A stretch of 64,000 nucleotides of DNA, from positions 104,117 to 168,116 of the IMG/VR virus record IMGVR_UViG_3300032132_000754. One strand, written 5' to 3'. Below the pieces are notes generated by a model that saw nothing but the letters and a program-made list of their open reading frames with translations, was not told where the DNA came from and did no database searches. The position numbers and the translations under genes were made by a program. The stretch's first letter is position 1. Every line of letters begins with the position of its first letter. Shown here piece after piece: positions 1 to 9,858 of this stretch. Source of the stretch: a virus.

Positions 1-312
1 GCGTTTTTTGGCGCTGTTTTAAGTGAACAGAAGCATGCTTGTAATGTTTTAGAACTAAAAATCGCCCGCCGTAGAGCCGTCGTTTCTCAAAATTCTCGTG
101 AAGAAGCGCAGAAAAACGATATGAAAATTGCCAAATACGTTTTGGATGAAATCGCTGACGGCGACAATGAGTTATTGAGGCTCCAAACCGAATTGTTGAT
201 GCATCAACGGACTTTAGGTAAATTGTACCATTTCGTCGATTCGATTCGGTCTAAAGCCGATAACTTACGCTCCCTAGCAGGATTTAAGCGCCAAGAGATG
301 CGCGATTCTTAA
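1..312 (+). CDS. UvsY-like recombination mediator (5'-truncated by window edge)
   Basis: Frame is open from base 1 (AFFGAVLSEQKH...); helical protein ending DSIRSKADNLRSLAGFKRQE; lies near gp32-like and RNase H genes. Confidence 0.5.
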   Translation, partial: AFFGAVLSEQKHACNVLELKIARRRAVVSQNSREEAQKNDMKIAKYVLDEIADGDNELLRLQTELLMHQRTLGKLYHFVDSIRSKADNLRSLAGFKRQEMRDS

Positions 313-632
313 GCTAGAGAGGCTAAGGCAATGATGATGCCAAAGATCGTCTGGATAACAATAAATACTGTGGTGGCTTTCGCTCGAAAAGCTTTGTTAG
401 CCTCGACTTGATCCTTCATCTCTTTTAGTTGACTTGGTGAGCAAACCTCTGAGATTTCTTTATGCCAAGATTTGAGATCTTCAACAGTGGATTGATCTGC
501 TTTTAATTTAACGATTTCTTTGTGTACTTCAGAAATTTCGTCCCGCAAGCCTTCATAATTTCCATTTAGGCGAACGAGTTCTGTAAGAATGTGTTTGGAC
601 CATTCATTCCAATTGTCGGCTGGTGCTGGCAT
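309..632 (-). CDS. Coiled-coil protein with single C-terminal TM helix (holin-like architecture)
   Basis: Heptad-rich body, C-terminal TTVFIVIQTIFGIIIALASLA. Confidence 0.5.
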   Translation of the reverse strand: MPAPADNWNEWSKHILTELVRLNGNYEGLRDEISEVHKEIVKLKADQSTVEDLKSWHKEISEVCSPSQLKEMKDQVEANKAFRAKATTVFIVIQTIFGIIIALASLA

Positions 633-1115
633 TTATGCTTCCTCGTCGGTTATATCGATACAGACACCCGTCATACAAACGTTAGATCCGCATTCTTCTA
701 GTTGTTCGGATGCTTTTTCGACCACTTGGCCCAAAGCTTTAATATGTTTTATTTGTCCTGTTGTTGGGCAGACTACCCTATACTTGCAATTAAAATAAGA
801 TTGATCGTCAACACACTTTTCAATATATGACTTTACTCGTTCTCTATCATCCTCATGGATACACTCGATAAAAAGATCATATGTCCCGGTCCATTTGTTT
901 GGATCTATACCATCATTTAACATGTCTGGTCTAAGCATTTCAAACATCCGTTTATCCCACAACAATGAATTACTCGTTAAACACCAATGCCACATACCGG
1001 CTTTTGCTGCTCCTAACGCCAATTTTAAACGGGTGGCGCTCTCTTTTAGTTCATTGTCTCTTTGTTGTAGTTTGTCAGTTAGAATTTGCAGCTGCGCTAA
1101 ACTTTTGGAGACCAT
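633..1115 (-). CDS. Stand-alone PAS (PAS_3/PAC-type) domain protein
   Basis: RLKLALGAAKAGMWHW..WD..IHEDDRERV..KYRV..GVCIDIT; start moved to ATG 1115 because the longer ORF overlaps the gp32 gene. Confidence 0.85.
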   Translation of the reverse strand: MVSKSLAQLQILTDKLQQRDNELKESATRLKLALGAAKAGMWHWCLTSNSLLWDKRMFEMLRPDMLNDGIDPNKWTGTYDLFIECIHEDDRERVKSYIEKCVDDQSYFNCKYRVVCPTTGQIKHIKALGQVVEKASEQLEECGSNVCMTGVCIDITDEEA

Positions 1116-1149
1116 CGATAAATCCCTTGGATACGGAGTTTTATAATGA

Positions 1150-1157
1150 TATTTTTG
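1150..1157 (-). promoter_or_regulatory. Class L motif CAAAAATA upstream of PAS gene
   Basis: Matches recurrent YAAANATA motif; divergent from GTATTTAA at 1173. Confidence 0.5.
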
Positions 1158-1172
1158 AAAAAACACAGAAAT

Positions 1173-1180
1173 GTATTTAA
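1173..1180 (+). promoter_or_regulatory. Class E motif GTATTTAA upstream of SSB gene
   Basis: Identical octamer recurs upstream of genes at 7033, 11171, 11911, 20104 and 40643. Confidence 0.6.
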
Positions 1181-1221
1181 TATAATAGCTACTAGAGCTA
1201 ACAAAGAAAGCAAAGTGAAAC

Positions 1222-2208
1222 ATGGCAACTAGCAAAGAAAAATTGGAACGACTCAAACGAGTCAGAGAAAAGATGCTCAGCAAGAAGGGCGGATTCCGTC
1301 GCGACCCAGACGAGTGGAAGCCACCGCAGGTAGCTGCAGGCGTACAATGGAAAGCCAAAGGCTATATCCTACCTCCTCTCAACAAAGGCGAAAAAGGAGC
1401 CGCAGGTGTGGCCGTCAAAGGGATGGATGATTTATTCTTCCTCCAAGTTGGCGATCACTGGGTAAACCGCAAGCGTTATCCCTGCCCACGAATCTACGAT
1501 GGTGATAGCTGTGTCTATTGCCAACTAGGATTCAATCTTCTTGGTGAAACTGACGAAAAGAAAGCCCGTCGAGAAATTAGTTCACAATACTTGCCGCGTA
1601 CGCAGTATGTTGTGAACCTATACTTCCCGAACATTTCAACTAACCCAGAAGAACTTCGTGGTAGAGTTGTTTTCTACGCGATGCCGAAGACCATCTTCGA
1701 TAAGCTTGACCAATGTCTAGCCCTCGACGACGGCGGTGACGATCCTGATAACCCACGTGCATGGGGTTTGTTCTACGATGAATCAGAAGCTTATCCTCTC
1801 ATCTTTGATATCACCAAAAAGGGTGATTACAACACTTATGATGAGTGCAAGCTATCCTTCCGAAGTGGACCAATCGCTCCATCAGACGATGAGATTGAAG
1901 CTATCCTAGTGAAGCGACATGATCTTCCGACCAAGTATCCTGATCGTACCCCAGAGAACCTCAAGACTCTTCAAGGTTTTGTTAACACTCTGTTGGATGG
2001 TGTCTCTGATGACGGCGATGGTTTTGATGCTGACGAATCTACTCCAGAGCCTACTCCGGAGCCGACCCCAGCCAAGAAGCCTGCCGCCAAAAAGAAAGCG
2101 CCAGCGAAGAAAAAAGCAGCAGAGCCTGCAGTGGAAGAGTCTGCTTCCACCGTTGAAGTCGACGATCCAGAGCTAGCAGCCCTGCTCGAAGACATTAAAA
2201 ACGACTAA
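1222..2208 (+). CDS. gp32-like single-stranded DNA-binding protein
   Basis: ILPP..HW..CP...CVYC metal motif, YLPRTQYVVN, KKGDYNTYD, acidic C-terminal tail. Confidence 0.85.
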   Translation: MATSKEKLERLKRVREKMLSKKGGFRRDPDEWKPPQVAAGVQWKAKGYILPPLNKGEKGAAGVAVKGMDDLFFLQVGDHWVNRKRYPCPRIYDGDSCVYCQLGFNLLGETDEKKARREISSQYLPRTQYVVNLYFPNISTNPEELRGRVVFYAMPKTIFDKLDQCLALDDGGDDPDNPRAWGLFYDESEAYPLIFDITKKGDYNTYDECKLSFRSGPIAPSDDEIEAILVKRHDLPTKYPDRTPENLKTLQGFVNTLLDGVSDDGDGFDADESTPEPTPEPTPAKKPAAKKKAPAKKKAAEPAVEESASTVEVDDPELAALLEDIKND

Positions 2209-2231
2209 ATTCAAATCGTCGTCTCCTCTTA

Positions 2232-2261
2232 CAGCAGGCCCGGATTCTTCCGGGCCTGCTG
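2232..2261 (+). terminator. Perfect 13-bp hairpin after SSB gene
   Basis: CAGCAGGCCCGGA-TTCT-TCCGGGCCTGCTG; no clear U tract. Confidence 0.65.
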
Positions 2262-2273
2262 AATATCGGACCA

Positions 2274-3182
2274 ATGAAAACAACTCACTTACTAGTTGAT
2301 GCGAAAAACATGCTTTATCGGGCGATTTATACTGCCCGAGGAGATGATTGGTTTAAAAAATCAGAGCATCACCCCATTACTATTGTAATACATATCCTAA
2401 CCCATTATTATGAAAAATTCGAAGCAGAGCAAGTCCATATGTTCTGGGACAGCCCAAGAACAGCTACATGGCGAAGAAAATTAAGCCCAACATACAAAGA
2501 CAATAGAAGTGGTCACGATGAAAAGATCGTGAACGGTCTGGCAAATCTGACCGAAGTTTGCACCATGTTGTTTAGCAAAATGGGAATTAGGCAATATTAT
2601 CGCCCCATGATGGAAGCTGACGATTTGATTTATGCTTTTTGTAAGATCAATAGGATAGATCCGATCATAATTTGCTCAAGCGATAGTGACCTAAAACAAA
2701 TTTCTTATAATTTCGATAACGTAAACATTCATCATCCGACATCGAGGAAGAAACTGGATGTCGAGCCAATACCAAGTGTTGACCCAGTCACGACTAAATG
2801 TTTAATGGGTGACAAGTCTGACAACATTGTTGGATACCATCGCGTCGGTAAAGTGACCGCAAAAAAATTGACAGATAGTGTCGATATTTTAAACGAATTT
2901 TTCCAAAGTGACAAAGCAGTTGTCATGGAGGGTGGCGTGCCAGCAATAGTTGGCATTAAACGGTTTTTGGAAAACCTAAGGCTAATTGACTTGTCACTTT
3001 GTCCAGAACTTTTGGAAAACATCGAATATGTCTTACAAAAACAATTCAAGCCAGTAAAGTACGATTTGAAAGCTATCGGAAACTTAATCAGCAAATATAA
3101 ACTTAGGGGAGTTACTGCGGACATCCCACGGTACATAACTCCGTTCAAAAAGTTGGTTAGGGAGCAATCATGCCAGTCGTAA
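2274..3182 (+). CDS. T4 RNase H-like 5'-3' exonuclease / flap endonuclease
   Basis: LLVDAKN, WD, YKDNR, EADD, SSDSDLKQ, GDKSDNIVG..VGKVTA. Confidence 0.92.
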   Translation: MKTTHLLVDAKNMLYRAIYTARGDDWFKKSEHHPITIVIHILTHYYEKFEAEQVHMFWDSPRTATWRRKLSPTYKDNRSGHDEKIVNGLANLTEVCTMLFSKMGIRQYYRPMMEADDLIYAFCKINRIDPIIICSSDSDLKQISYNFDNVNIHHPTSRKKLDVEPIPSVDPVTTKCLMGDKSDNIVGYHRVGKVTAKKLTDSVDILNEFFQSDKAVVMEGGVPAIVGIKRFLENLRLIDLSLCPELLENIEYVLQKQFKPVKYDLKAIGNLISKYKLRGVTADIPRYITPFKKLVREQSCQS

Positions 3183-3445
3183 CACGTTTAGCAGTTATTG
3201 GGTTAGTTCACGTTACACCCGTAGGAACCGTCCTAGACGACAATGCTACTCTAGAGGAACGGGCATCATCATCCTCTGAATTCCGAGTTTTAGACAATGT
3301 TGATGGATCAGCTGAAGGTGGGAGCCCAGCCCCTAATAGCGCTGGACATCCGAAATTAGCCGCTTATCTAGAACTTGAAGCCGGAGACGGTTTTGCAGTT
3401 GCAGTTCTAGATCAGACATATATTATTACACATATGATTACGTAA
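3170..3445 (+). CDS. Hypothetical protein
   Basis: GGAG SD, overlaps upstream stop. Confidence 0.7.
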   Translation: MPVVTRLAVIGLVHVTPVGTVLDDNATLEERASSSSEFRVLDNVDGSAEGGSPAPNSAGHPKLAAYLELEAGDGFAVAVLDQTYIITHMIT

Positions 3446-3473
3446 TTTTCTCTGTAAATAGAGAGGGTTACTT

Positions 3474-4049
3474 ATGGCTAAAACTGACTTTTCTAAAGTA
3501 GGAAAACGCTCTAAAAGACGCGGCAATACCTACGAACGTCGATGTTCCAAACTTCTTACCGAATTTACAGGAGTCGGATTCCGGCGAGTTCCGGCTTCTG
3601 GAGCTTTTAATAAACAGAGCAACACACTAATTCGCGAAGAATTGTTTTACGGCGATTGTATTTGTGATCGCCAAGATTTCATGTTCTGCATTGAAGCCAA
3701 AAACCAAAAAGCTTTTAATTTCCAAGCCATTTTGAAAAATCCAAATACGGCGGATTTTAGCTCTTGGTGGTGGCAATGCATTAGGGATGCAAAATCTGCT
3801 AAAAAGCTTCCGATGATGTTCTTTAAACCAGATAATCAAGCTGATTTCATTGCTTTAGAAGAAAGTTGGATTGATCTTGGTTGGTACACTGGGCCATCAT
3901 TTAAAATAGATTGTTATCGCAAACCCGTGACGATTAAATTGAAAAAAGAAGACCCGGTTACAATCGTGCTACCAACTCCATATGTCATTAATTGGAAAGA
4001 TTTTGTTCAAAACATAAAGCCAGGGATTTTATTTAGTAAGGATCTTTAA
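3474..4049 (+). CDS. Holliday junction resolvase, PD-(D/E)xK type
   Basis: KRRGNTYER, FRRVPASGA, GD, IEAK, WWQC..DA..PMMFFK. Confidence 0.8.
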   Translation: MAKTDFSKVGKRSKRRGNTYERRCSKLLTEFTGVGFRRVPASGAFNKQSNTLIREELFYGDCICDRQDFMFCIEAKNQKAFNFQAILKNPNTADFSSWWWQCIRDAKSAKKLPMMFFKPDNQADFIALEESWIDLGWYTGPSFKIDCYRKPVTIKLKKEDPVTIVLPTPYVINWKDFVQNIKPGILFSKDL

Positions 4050-4228
4050 TGGCGTGCTGCGGACAAAAAACCAAACCAATGAGGACGAATGGCAAAATTT
4101 GCCCAAAATGTGGGTGGGTAATGCGACGTATACATAAATACGACGCGCAAAAGAAAAAAGTCAATAAATATTGGCAATGTTCTAATAAGACTATTGGCTG
4201 CAGATATACGGAGAATATCCATGATTGA
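4049..4228 (+). CDS. 59-aa Zn-ribbon protein (absent from ORF track)
   Basis: MACCGQKTKP..CPKCGWVM..YWQCSNKTIGCRYTE; TAATG overlap with upstream gene. Confidence 0.75.
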   Translation: MACCGQKTKPMRTNGKICPKCGWVMRRIHKYDAQKKKVNKYWQCSNKTIGCRYTENIHD

Positions 4229-4619
4229 ATTGCTAATTTTAGTATTATTTGTTGAAGCCGTAACTGAAATTTTAGTGTCAAGCGCTATTTTCCAAAAACC
4301 ACGTGAGTTTGTTTACACCAGAAATGGGTTTTTGGGCGAACTCGTAAACTGTGGTTATTGTACATCAGTTTGGGTTGCTGCGGCAGTAGCTTGGTTAGCT
4401 GTCTTACCAATTTGTCCATGGTTTGCAGTTAATTATGTTGTTACTACTTTTGTTATTCATAGATTGTCAAATTTGCTACATGAATTGAACAGCAAATGGT
4501 TAAGCCGCAGGCCGTTTTCCATGGCAGTACATAAAACGGAAACAGTAATTATCCCCGGAGATTACCATGGATCAACAGGACCAGTTCAAGGATCGCTTCA
4601 AGAAGAAGAAGAAGCTTAA
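4221..4619 (+). CDS. DUF1360-like membrane protein
   Basis: TM helices with GELVNCGYCTSVW motif; start ATG 4221. Confidence 0.7.
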   Translation: MIELLILVLFVEAVTEILVSSAIFQKPREFVYTRNGFLGELVNCGYCTSVWVAAAVAWLAVLPICPWFAVNYVVTTFVIHRLSNLLHELNSKWLSRRPFSMAVHKTETVIIPGDYHGSTGPVQGSLQEEEEA

Positions 4620-5193
4620 TATCGGAGCAGAAGAAGCTACGCGCCTTTTCCAAACTCCTAAAGATAAGGGGTCTTCTCCTTCTGATAGGAGTTTTTCGAA
4701 GTCTGAGCAACGCCCGAGTGGTATTGCACCACCAGAGCAAGTTCATATTAACAACTTGGCGGATTTGTACGAGCTTGTTAAAAAATTAAAGCCGTCTGAA
4801 AATTCTAGCAACGACGCCAAACCAATTATTTATAATACTAAGGGTACTAACTTCGCCAGCGAAAAATTTGCAGGTCATGTTACTATCCCACAATCTGGCG
4901 GAGATTCTACAGTAAGACAATCGATGATCGAAGGTTTTGAAATGATTCAAAATCATCATAGGTGTTATGAAGCTCAAAACATGGCTCATGATCGACCAGA
5001 TGATTTTGGCGGTTTTTTACCAGCTAAAGTTCCAAACCCTGATGAACAAATCACTTGGTTAGATGGGTTTATTAATCGACGTTTAGGCGGTAGTAGAAAT
5101 GGGTTATTTGTAGTTTGGGATTTGGTTGAAGGCCAGTACCAGATGAACCCGTGGACTTGTGAAATTAGCCCTGTGGCGGAGCCAGATGTTTAA
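4567..5193 (+). CDS. Hypothetical protein
   Basis: 208 aa ORF with GGAG SD, in operon. Confidence 0.7.
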   Translation: MDQQDQFKDRFKKKKKLNIGAEEATRLFQTPKDKGSSPSDRSFSKSEQRPSGIAPPEQVHINNLADLYELVKKLKPSENSSNDAKPIIYNTKGTNFASEKFAGHVTIPQSGGDSTVRQSMIEGFEMIQNHHRCYEAQNMAHDRPDDFGGFLPAKVPNPDEQITWLDGFINRRLGGSRNGLFVVWDLVEGQYQMNPWTCEISPVAEPDV

Positions 5194-5353
5194 TGCGGTA
5201 ATATATGGTGTTGCTTTAGCGTCATTGTGGTACTGGCTGTATTTAATTGTTAGAAAAGACTTTAGTTCTCAAACTCTCAAAAGGTGGGTTGCAGTTATCG
5301 TGCCACAAGGCGTTGTAGTTGCTATAGCTTTAGTCTTGCTTGGTATACTATGA
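5186..5353 (+). CDS. Small two-TM membrane protein
   Basis: MFNAVIYGVALASLWYWLY..; two hydrophobic segments. Confidence 0.65.
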   Translation: MFNAVIYGVALASLWYWLYLIVRKDFSSQTLKRWVAVIVPQGVVVAIALVLLGIL

Positions 5354-5658
5354 ATCAATCACAATCAGTAGATCTAGCACATTATCAACCATTGGTGAAA
5401 TGGAGTCCCCAAGTTGGGGATTGCGTTGTATGGCATGGTTGGTTTACACATTGGTTTGGTGTCGTATCAGCAGTTGTCCCAGAAGAAAACTGCGTTGAAA
5501 TTATTAAACGCGGGATGCCCGTGCTGTTACTAACTATGAGTCAGTCGGAATATAAAAAGAATACTACTAAAGTAGATATAGGCGATATAAAAGGAAGTAC
5601 GGGCGGTCGTTATGCAACAATCAGAGCACAAGGAAACTCCATCATCTGGTACGTCTAA
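5350..5658 (+). CDS. Hypothetical protein (SH3-like beta pattern)
   Basis: PQVGDCVVW..FGVV; ATGA overlap. Confidence 0.6.
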   Translation: MNQSQSVDLAHYQPLVKWSPQVGDCVVWHGWFTHWFGVVSAVVPEENCVEIIKRGMPVLLLTMSQSEYKKNTTKVDIGDIKGSTGGRYATIRAQGNSIIWYV

Positions 5659-6229
5659 CGTCCCTGGCCTCTTGGCTTATCCTAGAACTTTAAGCTTGAA
5701 AGAGCTTCCCGAAATTAAAGATGAATTTGTATATGTAATCAAAGGTTACATTGAGCAAGGTCTTACGATAATGATTTATCGTGAGGTAGATTCAGGCGAC
5801 GTTTATTTGGGATTCGGAGATTTTGATGCGAATCCCATCAATATGGCTGATGAAAAACACCCGTTGCAGAGGTTAGCTTTGGAGTTCGCGTCAGATGACG
5901 CTCCAAGAGTTATCAGTTTGATGAAGGTTGCTCGAATTCCACAACTCATAATGTATTTGTCCTTAAATGATGGCAAACTGTCTTTAGTAGACTTGCGCAC
6001 ATCATTGAATAAGTTTTATGGTCCTGGAATGATTCGAGATTTATTCAGCAAGGTTTACCCGACGCAAGAGGTGTTGAAGTTGGTCACTTTAGACCAAAAT
6101 ACTATTGAAGCAATAGGACGAGGAAAAGGATCTTATAAAGGGGATTTAATTCTAAAGACGAGTGCGTTCAAGACTGTCAAGCGAGGTAATGATATGTTAC
6201 CAATGTACGCAAGAATAGAACGAAAGTGA
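5612..6229 (+). CDS. Hypothetical protein
   Basis: 205 aa ORF in operon. Confidence 0.7.
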   Translation: MQQSEHKETPSSGTSNVPGLLAYPRTLSLKELPEIKDEFVYVIKGYIEQGLTIMIYREVDSGDVYLGFGDFDANPINMADEKHPLQRLALEFASDDAPRVISLMKVARIPQLIMYLSLNDGKLSLVDLRTSLNKFYGPGMIRDLFSKVYPTQEVLKLVTLDQNTIEAIGRGKGSYKGDLILKTSAFKTVKRGNDMLPMYARIERK

Positions 6230-6233
6230 TGAA

Positions 6234-6809
6234 ATGAAGCATACGCTAATTCTTAATAAAAACTGGGTTGCAATCAACGTAACGACCGTAGAACGCGCAT
6301 TTATCCTAATGTGCCGTGACTCGGCCCGCGCGCTATGCCCGGTTTCTTATGAGACATTTTTAATCGACCGTTGGATCGAAAGGTCTATAGAACGTTCTGA
6401 CGAACTAACAGCAGAAGAAGTGATTAGAACTCCAAATATCGCCATTGAAGTGCCCGAGGTAGTAATTTTATCTGAGTACGGTGGCGTTCCATTTACTGAA
6501 GTTAATTGGTCTAGGCGCAATCTATACAAACGTGATTCTTATACTTGTCAGTATTGCAATACTCCTGGATCGCCAGGAGATTTAACTATCGACCACATCA
6601 AGCCAAGGTCTAGAGGCGGTCGAAACGGATGGACAAATTGTGTCACTTCGTGCTTAAGTTGTAATACTTTCAAAGCCGACAAACCTCTAAGAGAAACCGG
6701 CATGAAGTTAATTAAGGAACCTAAGACTCCTAAATGGCAGCCTATTGCTGGAATGATCCCTAAAGAACATCCAGAAAGCTGGAGCAAGTTCCTTAAACAT
6801 AAGATATGA
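6234..6809 (+). CDS. HNH endonuclease
   Basis: RDSYTCQYC..LTIDHIKPRSRGG..WTNCVTSCLSCN. Confidence 0.93.
   Translation: MKHTLILNKNWVAINVTTVERAFILMCRDSARALCPVSYETFLIDRWIERSIERSDELTAEEVIRTPNIAIEVPEVVILSEYGGVPFTEVNWSRRNLYKRDSYTCQYCNTPGSPGDLTIDHIKPRSRGGRNGWTNCVTSCLSCNTFKADKPLRETGMKLIKEPKTPKWQPIAGMIPKEHPESWSKFLKHKI
6794..6801 (+). promoter_or_regulatory. Class L motif TAAACATA, 4 nt before ATG 6806
   Basis: YAAANATA-N4-ATG. Confidence 0.55.
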
Positions 6810-7012
6810 AATTAACGATCGTACAACGTCGTATCTTAGCCGAGGACGGCGTCCTCGATTATAAAGGCCCAGCCGCTACTAAAGCAACCCCCGATGCTGT
6901 TCCAGAAGGCACTTTTCAAGGAACTTCAGAGGGGGAGCAGCCTGTAAGCATGTCTTTAAAAGATAGAATTGAACTATTGCTTAAAAAACGGTTAGCTAAT
7001 AAAAAGCAATAG
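6806..7012 (+). CDS. Small protein with MKL N-terminus
   Basis: MKLTIVQRRILAE. Confidence 0.65.
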   Translation: MKLTIVQRRILAEDGVLDYKGPAATKATPDAVPEGTFQGTSEGEQPVSMSLKDRIELLLKKRLANKKQ

Positions 7013-7019
7013 TTCGATG

Positions 7020-7027
7020 GTATTTAA
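7020..7027 (+). promoter_or_regulatory. Class E motif GTATTTAA, 5 nt before ATG 7033
   Basis: GTATTTAA-GATAT-ATG. Confidence 0.65.
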
Positions 7028-7032
7028 GATAT

Positions 7033-7569
7033 ATGATCTTATTCACCAGCGGCTTCCCATATGCGGGCAAAACAGAATTAGTAAGTAGACTTTGTGAGCA
7101 ATTAGATCACAAAAATCTCATTCATATCAACCCACGAGATTTATATCCAGAAGATTTCGCAGACCTGCCTAATAGTGAGCAACAAGCTAACGGCATAGTC
7201 GCATGGGAAATGTCTTACGAAAAAGCTCGTGAGTGCATCACTAAATTACCAAATAAAGTGTTGATCGTTTTCGACACTTGTTGTAGAGATGCGCTTCAAG
7301 TAAATCAGCTTTTTGGTGATGCTAAAACGAGAGGACATAAAATCTTATTTGCTTATGTGAATGCATCAACTGACCGTCGCCAGGAATACGCGGAAGATAA
7401 AGATATTAGTAAATTCGAGGAACGCTATTCTTCGAGCTTTCAGCAAAATTTACCAAAATTCAAATCGATGTCAGATCAATTTCTAGTCATAAATAATAAC
7501 AAGAGTTTGTTAGAGTTAGACGAACGAGCTGTCGAGTTGGCTGAAAAAGTTATTGAACTAAGAAGTTAA
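7033..7569 (+). CDS. P-loop kinase (AAA_33 / PNK-like)
   Basis: N-terminal Walker A GFPYAGKT, IVFD Walker B-like. Confidence 0.75.
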   Translation: MILFTSGFPYAGKTELVSRLCEQLDHKNLIHINPRDLYPEDFADLPNSEQQANGIVAWEMSYEKARECITKLPNKVLIVFDTCCRDALQVNQLFGDAKTRGHKILFAYVNASTDRRQEYAEDKDISKFEERYSSSFQQNLPKFKSMSDQFLVINNNKSLLELDERAVELAEKVIELRS

Positions 7570-7571
7570 TT

Positions 7572-9491
7572 ATGTCTAAGATGGTTGAATATATAAACCC
7601 GCAAGGTCATGCTATACAGCTATCATCCCCGGACAAGGGGATTATTAAAGTTGCACCGCATAGCAGAATGGTCTTGTCAGACTGGTACATGAGATATTGT
7701 CCAAAATATCTCAGAGTTGTACGAATCGTAGAAACCACCAACAAATCCATTAAACCAAAAAACGTTAATGAGGTAAAACACGCCCCTGGGGCTCGAAAAG
7801 CCATTATTAAGCCAGGCCAAAAGCACAAAGTAATACAAAACAAAGCTGGTAAAGTTAGGTCAAAAACTCAACCTAAGAGGGCGGGAAAAACTGGTATTAA
7901 CTCGCAATCAGTGCCAAAATCTAAAAACCAACGCCCAGTGGTCGGTAGAGCACTTAGAGAAAACAAAAAACTATTTGTTAACTCTTGCCAGAAAAACGAC
8001 TGGACAGTTTCTAATAACATTGGAATCGGAATTTTAAGCTATAATAGGCTAAGGTCAATCCAGCGCCTCATTTCGTCTATTCGAAGTCATACCGACCTTA
8101 AAAAGACAACTGTTTTTGTTAGCGACGAATCGACAAACGAAGATGTTAAAACCTGGCTTAATAAACAAACCGACATCGTTGTTTTAACAAATCAGAGAAG
8201 GCTAGGCGTTGCCGGAAATAGCAACAGATTATTACGGTGCCTAGAGCGTTTTAGATTTAAATTTTTGTTGAACGATGACGTAGAAATTCTTCAACGTGGT
8301 TGGGAACAGTTTTACATTACTGCGTCCCAAAAATCTAAATTTCAACATTTCTGTTACCATCAGCACGGCGTATACGGTGCTAAACGCAATAATCCAAATT
8401 CAAGGCATGGTGGATTAGGCATCACCACGATTACCGAAAAACCTCATGGCGCTTTGATGTTTTTCACAGACAATGTGTTCCAAAAAGTCGGGTTTTTCGA
8501 CGAAAAATTTGGGACTTATGGTATCGAGCACGTGGATTGGTCAGAACGAGTATCAATGTCTAATATCCAACCAAAAGGATATCACGATGTTCAAGGATCA
8601 GACAGGTTTTTTAAAATTCATAAAGACGCTAGCTCTGTCCCTCAGCGATCACAGTCTCTTAAACAAGCTAGAGAAATCTACAAAAAGATAAAATCCCCTA
8701 ACAGAATTAGGGTTGAAGCAACAGAATATACCAAAGTCCCATCTGTTTCTGTAATCATTCCTATTAAGAACATCGGTCGGCAAGATGCTACGGAAACAAT
8801 AGTCAATTCAATCAGATCACAATTATTTCCAAACATTGAAATTATCATCTCTGAGCAAGATCAGACATCTAGATTTAATACTGAGCCAGTAAAACCATGC
8901 AAGTATCTGTTTGCAAAAAACAGACATAAAGATCAGCCATTTACAAAAGCAATGGCTTTTAATCTCGGCGTTATTAACGCAACCTATCCAAAAATTATCT
9001 TACAAGACGCCGACATCATTTGTCCATCTAACTATGTTAAGAAAATTAGTGAATTGCTCGATACTCATGCGGGAGTTCACATCGGATCCAAAGTCCTCTA
9101 TATGAATCAGAAATCATCAAGAGAGATTACATCCACAAGAGTGATTAACGCTAAAAAGGATTGCGAGCGGGCCGTCGGTTATTTCGAAGGCGGATCTTTA
9201 GCTTGCACCAAGAAAGCATACTTCAAGTGTGGCGGATTCAATGAAGTTTTCGAAGGTTACGGAATTGAAGATTGTGATTTCTTCGAAAGACTGAAATATG
9301 CCGTTAAATTCTATAATGTTAGAACCGAAGATTTTGTTCACCTATGGCATGGTAGAACATCAGGTTGGAATGTACATCACCAGCGCAACAAGAAGATTTA
9401 TTCACAACTGAAGAAGCAATATAACATGGTTTCATATATTGCTTCTCTAATTAAGAAATTAAGAGCCACTTATCCTGGCATTAAGGTGTAA
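7572..9491 (+). CDS. Double GT2-family glycosyltransferase with Lys-rich N-terminal extension
   Basis: GILSYNR..VSDES..LLNDD..GFFDEKFGTYGIEH and VSVIIP..LQDADI..GGFNEVFEGYGIED. Confidence 0.9.
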   Translation: MSKMVEYINPQGHAIQLSSPDKGIIKVAPHSRMVLSDWYMRYCPKYLRVVRIVETTNKSIKPKNVNEVKHAPGARKAIIKPGQKHKVIQNKAGKVRSKTQPKRAGKTGINSQSVPKSKNQRPVVGRALRENKKLFVNSCQKNDWTVSNNIGIGILSYNRLRSIQRLISSIRSHTDLKKTTVFVSDESTNEDVKTWLNKQTDIVVLTNQRRLGVAGNSNRLLRCLERFRFKFLLNDDVEILQRGWEQFYITASQKSKFQHFCYHQHGVYGAKRNNPNSRHGGLGITTITEKPHGALMFFTDNVFQKVGFFDEKFGTYGIEHVDWSERVSMSNIQPKGYHDVQGSDRFFKIHKDASSVPQRSQSLKQAREIYKKIKSPNRIRVEATEYTKVPSVSVIIPIKNIGRQDATETIVNSIRSQLFPNIEIIISEQDQTSRFNTEPVKPCKYLFAKNRHKDQPFTKAMAFNLGVINATYPKIILQDADIICPSNYVKKISELLDTHAGVHIGSKVLYMNQKSSREITSTRVINAKKDCERAVGYFEGGSLACTKKAYFKCGGFNEVFEGYGIEDCDFFERLKYAVKFYNVRTEDFVHLWHGRTSGWNVHHQRNKKIYSQLKKQYNMVSYIASLIKKLRATYPGIKV

Positions 9492-9492
9492 C

Positions 9493-9858
9493 ATGACATT
9501 GATTTGTCGCGAATGCGGAAGCAACATTGAAGAAGAAGGTTTTTGCGGAATTTGTGATCATCATGTCAGAACGCCAAGTTTCTCCGTAAACGATAAATTA
9601 AACAATCATCTAGAAGGACTATATCGCCAGCAGAATTGGTCAGCATTAGATGGCATTATGGCTTTTATTTGGTCAGATATCGAAAGATTCGAATCCGATA
9701 TTATATTAGCTGTTCTATATTATGCTAAATTAGCTGAAGAGAATTTAACTCAACTAGTTCCTCTATATGCGGCAGCGCTAAATAGATTTAAGAAGGCTTT
9801 TCCGTTTTCTTATAATCATATGCTATGCGATTTGGAACCAAAATGTCAGATAAATTAA
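9493..9858 (+). CDS. Zn-ribbon-containing hypothetical protein
   Basis: CRECG..CGICD. Confidence 0.65.
   Translation: MTLICRECGSNIEEEGFCGICDHHVRTPSFSVNDKLNNHLEGLYRQQNWSALDGIMAFIWSDIERFESDIILAVLYYAKLAEENLTQLVPLYAAALNRFKKAFPFSYNHMLCDLEPKCQIN

Noticed and set aside
1116-1358. N-terminal extension of the PAS ORF
   Set aside because: It overlaps the gp32-like gene and promoter region antisense; the real start is likely 1115.
6234-6809. Intron- or intein-associated homing element
   Set aside because: Free-standing HNH; the flanking genes are not visibly split.
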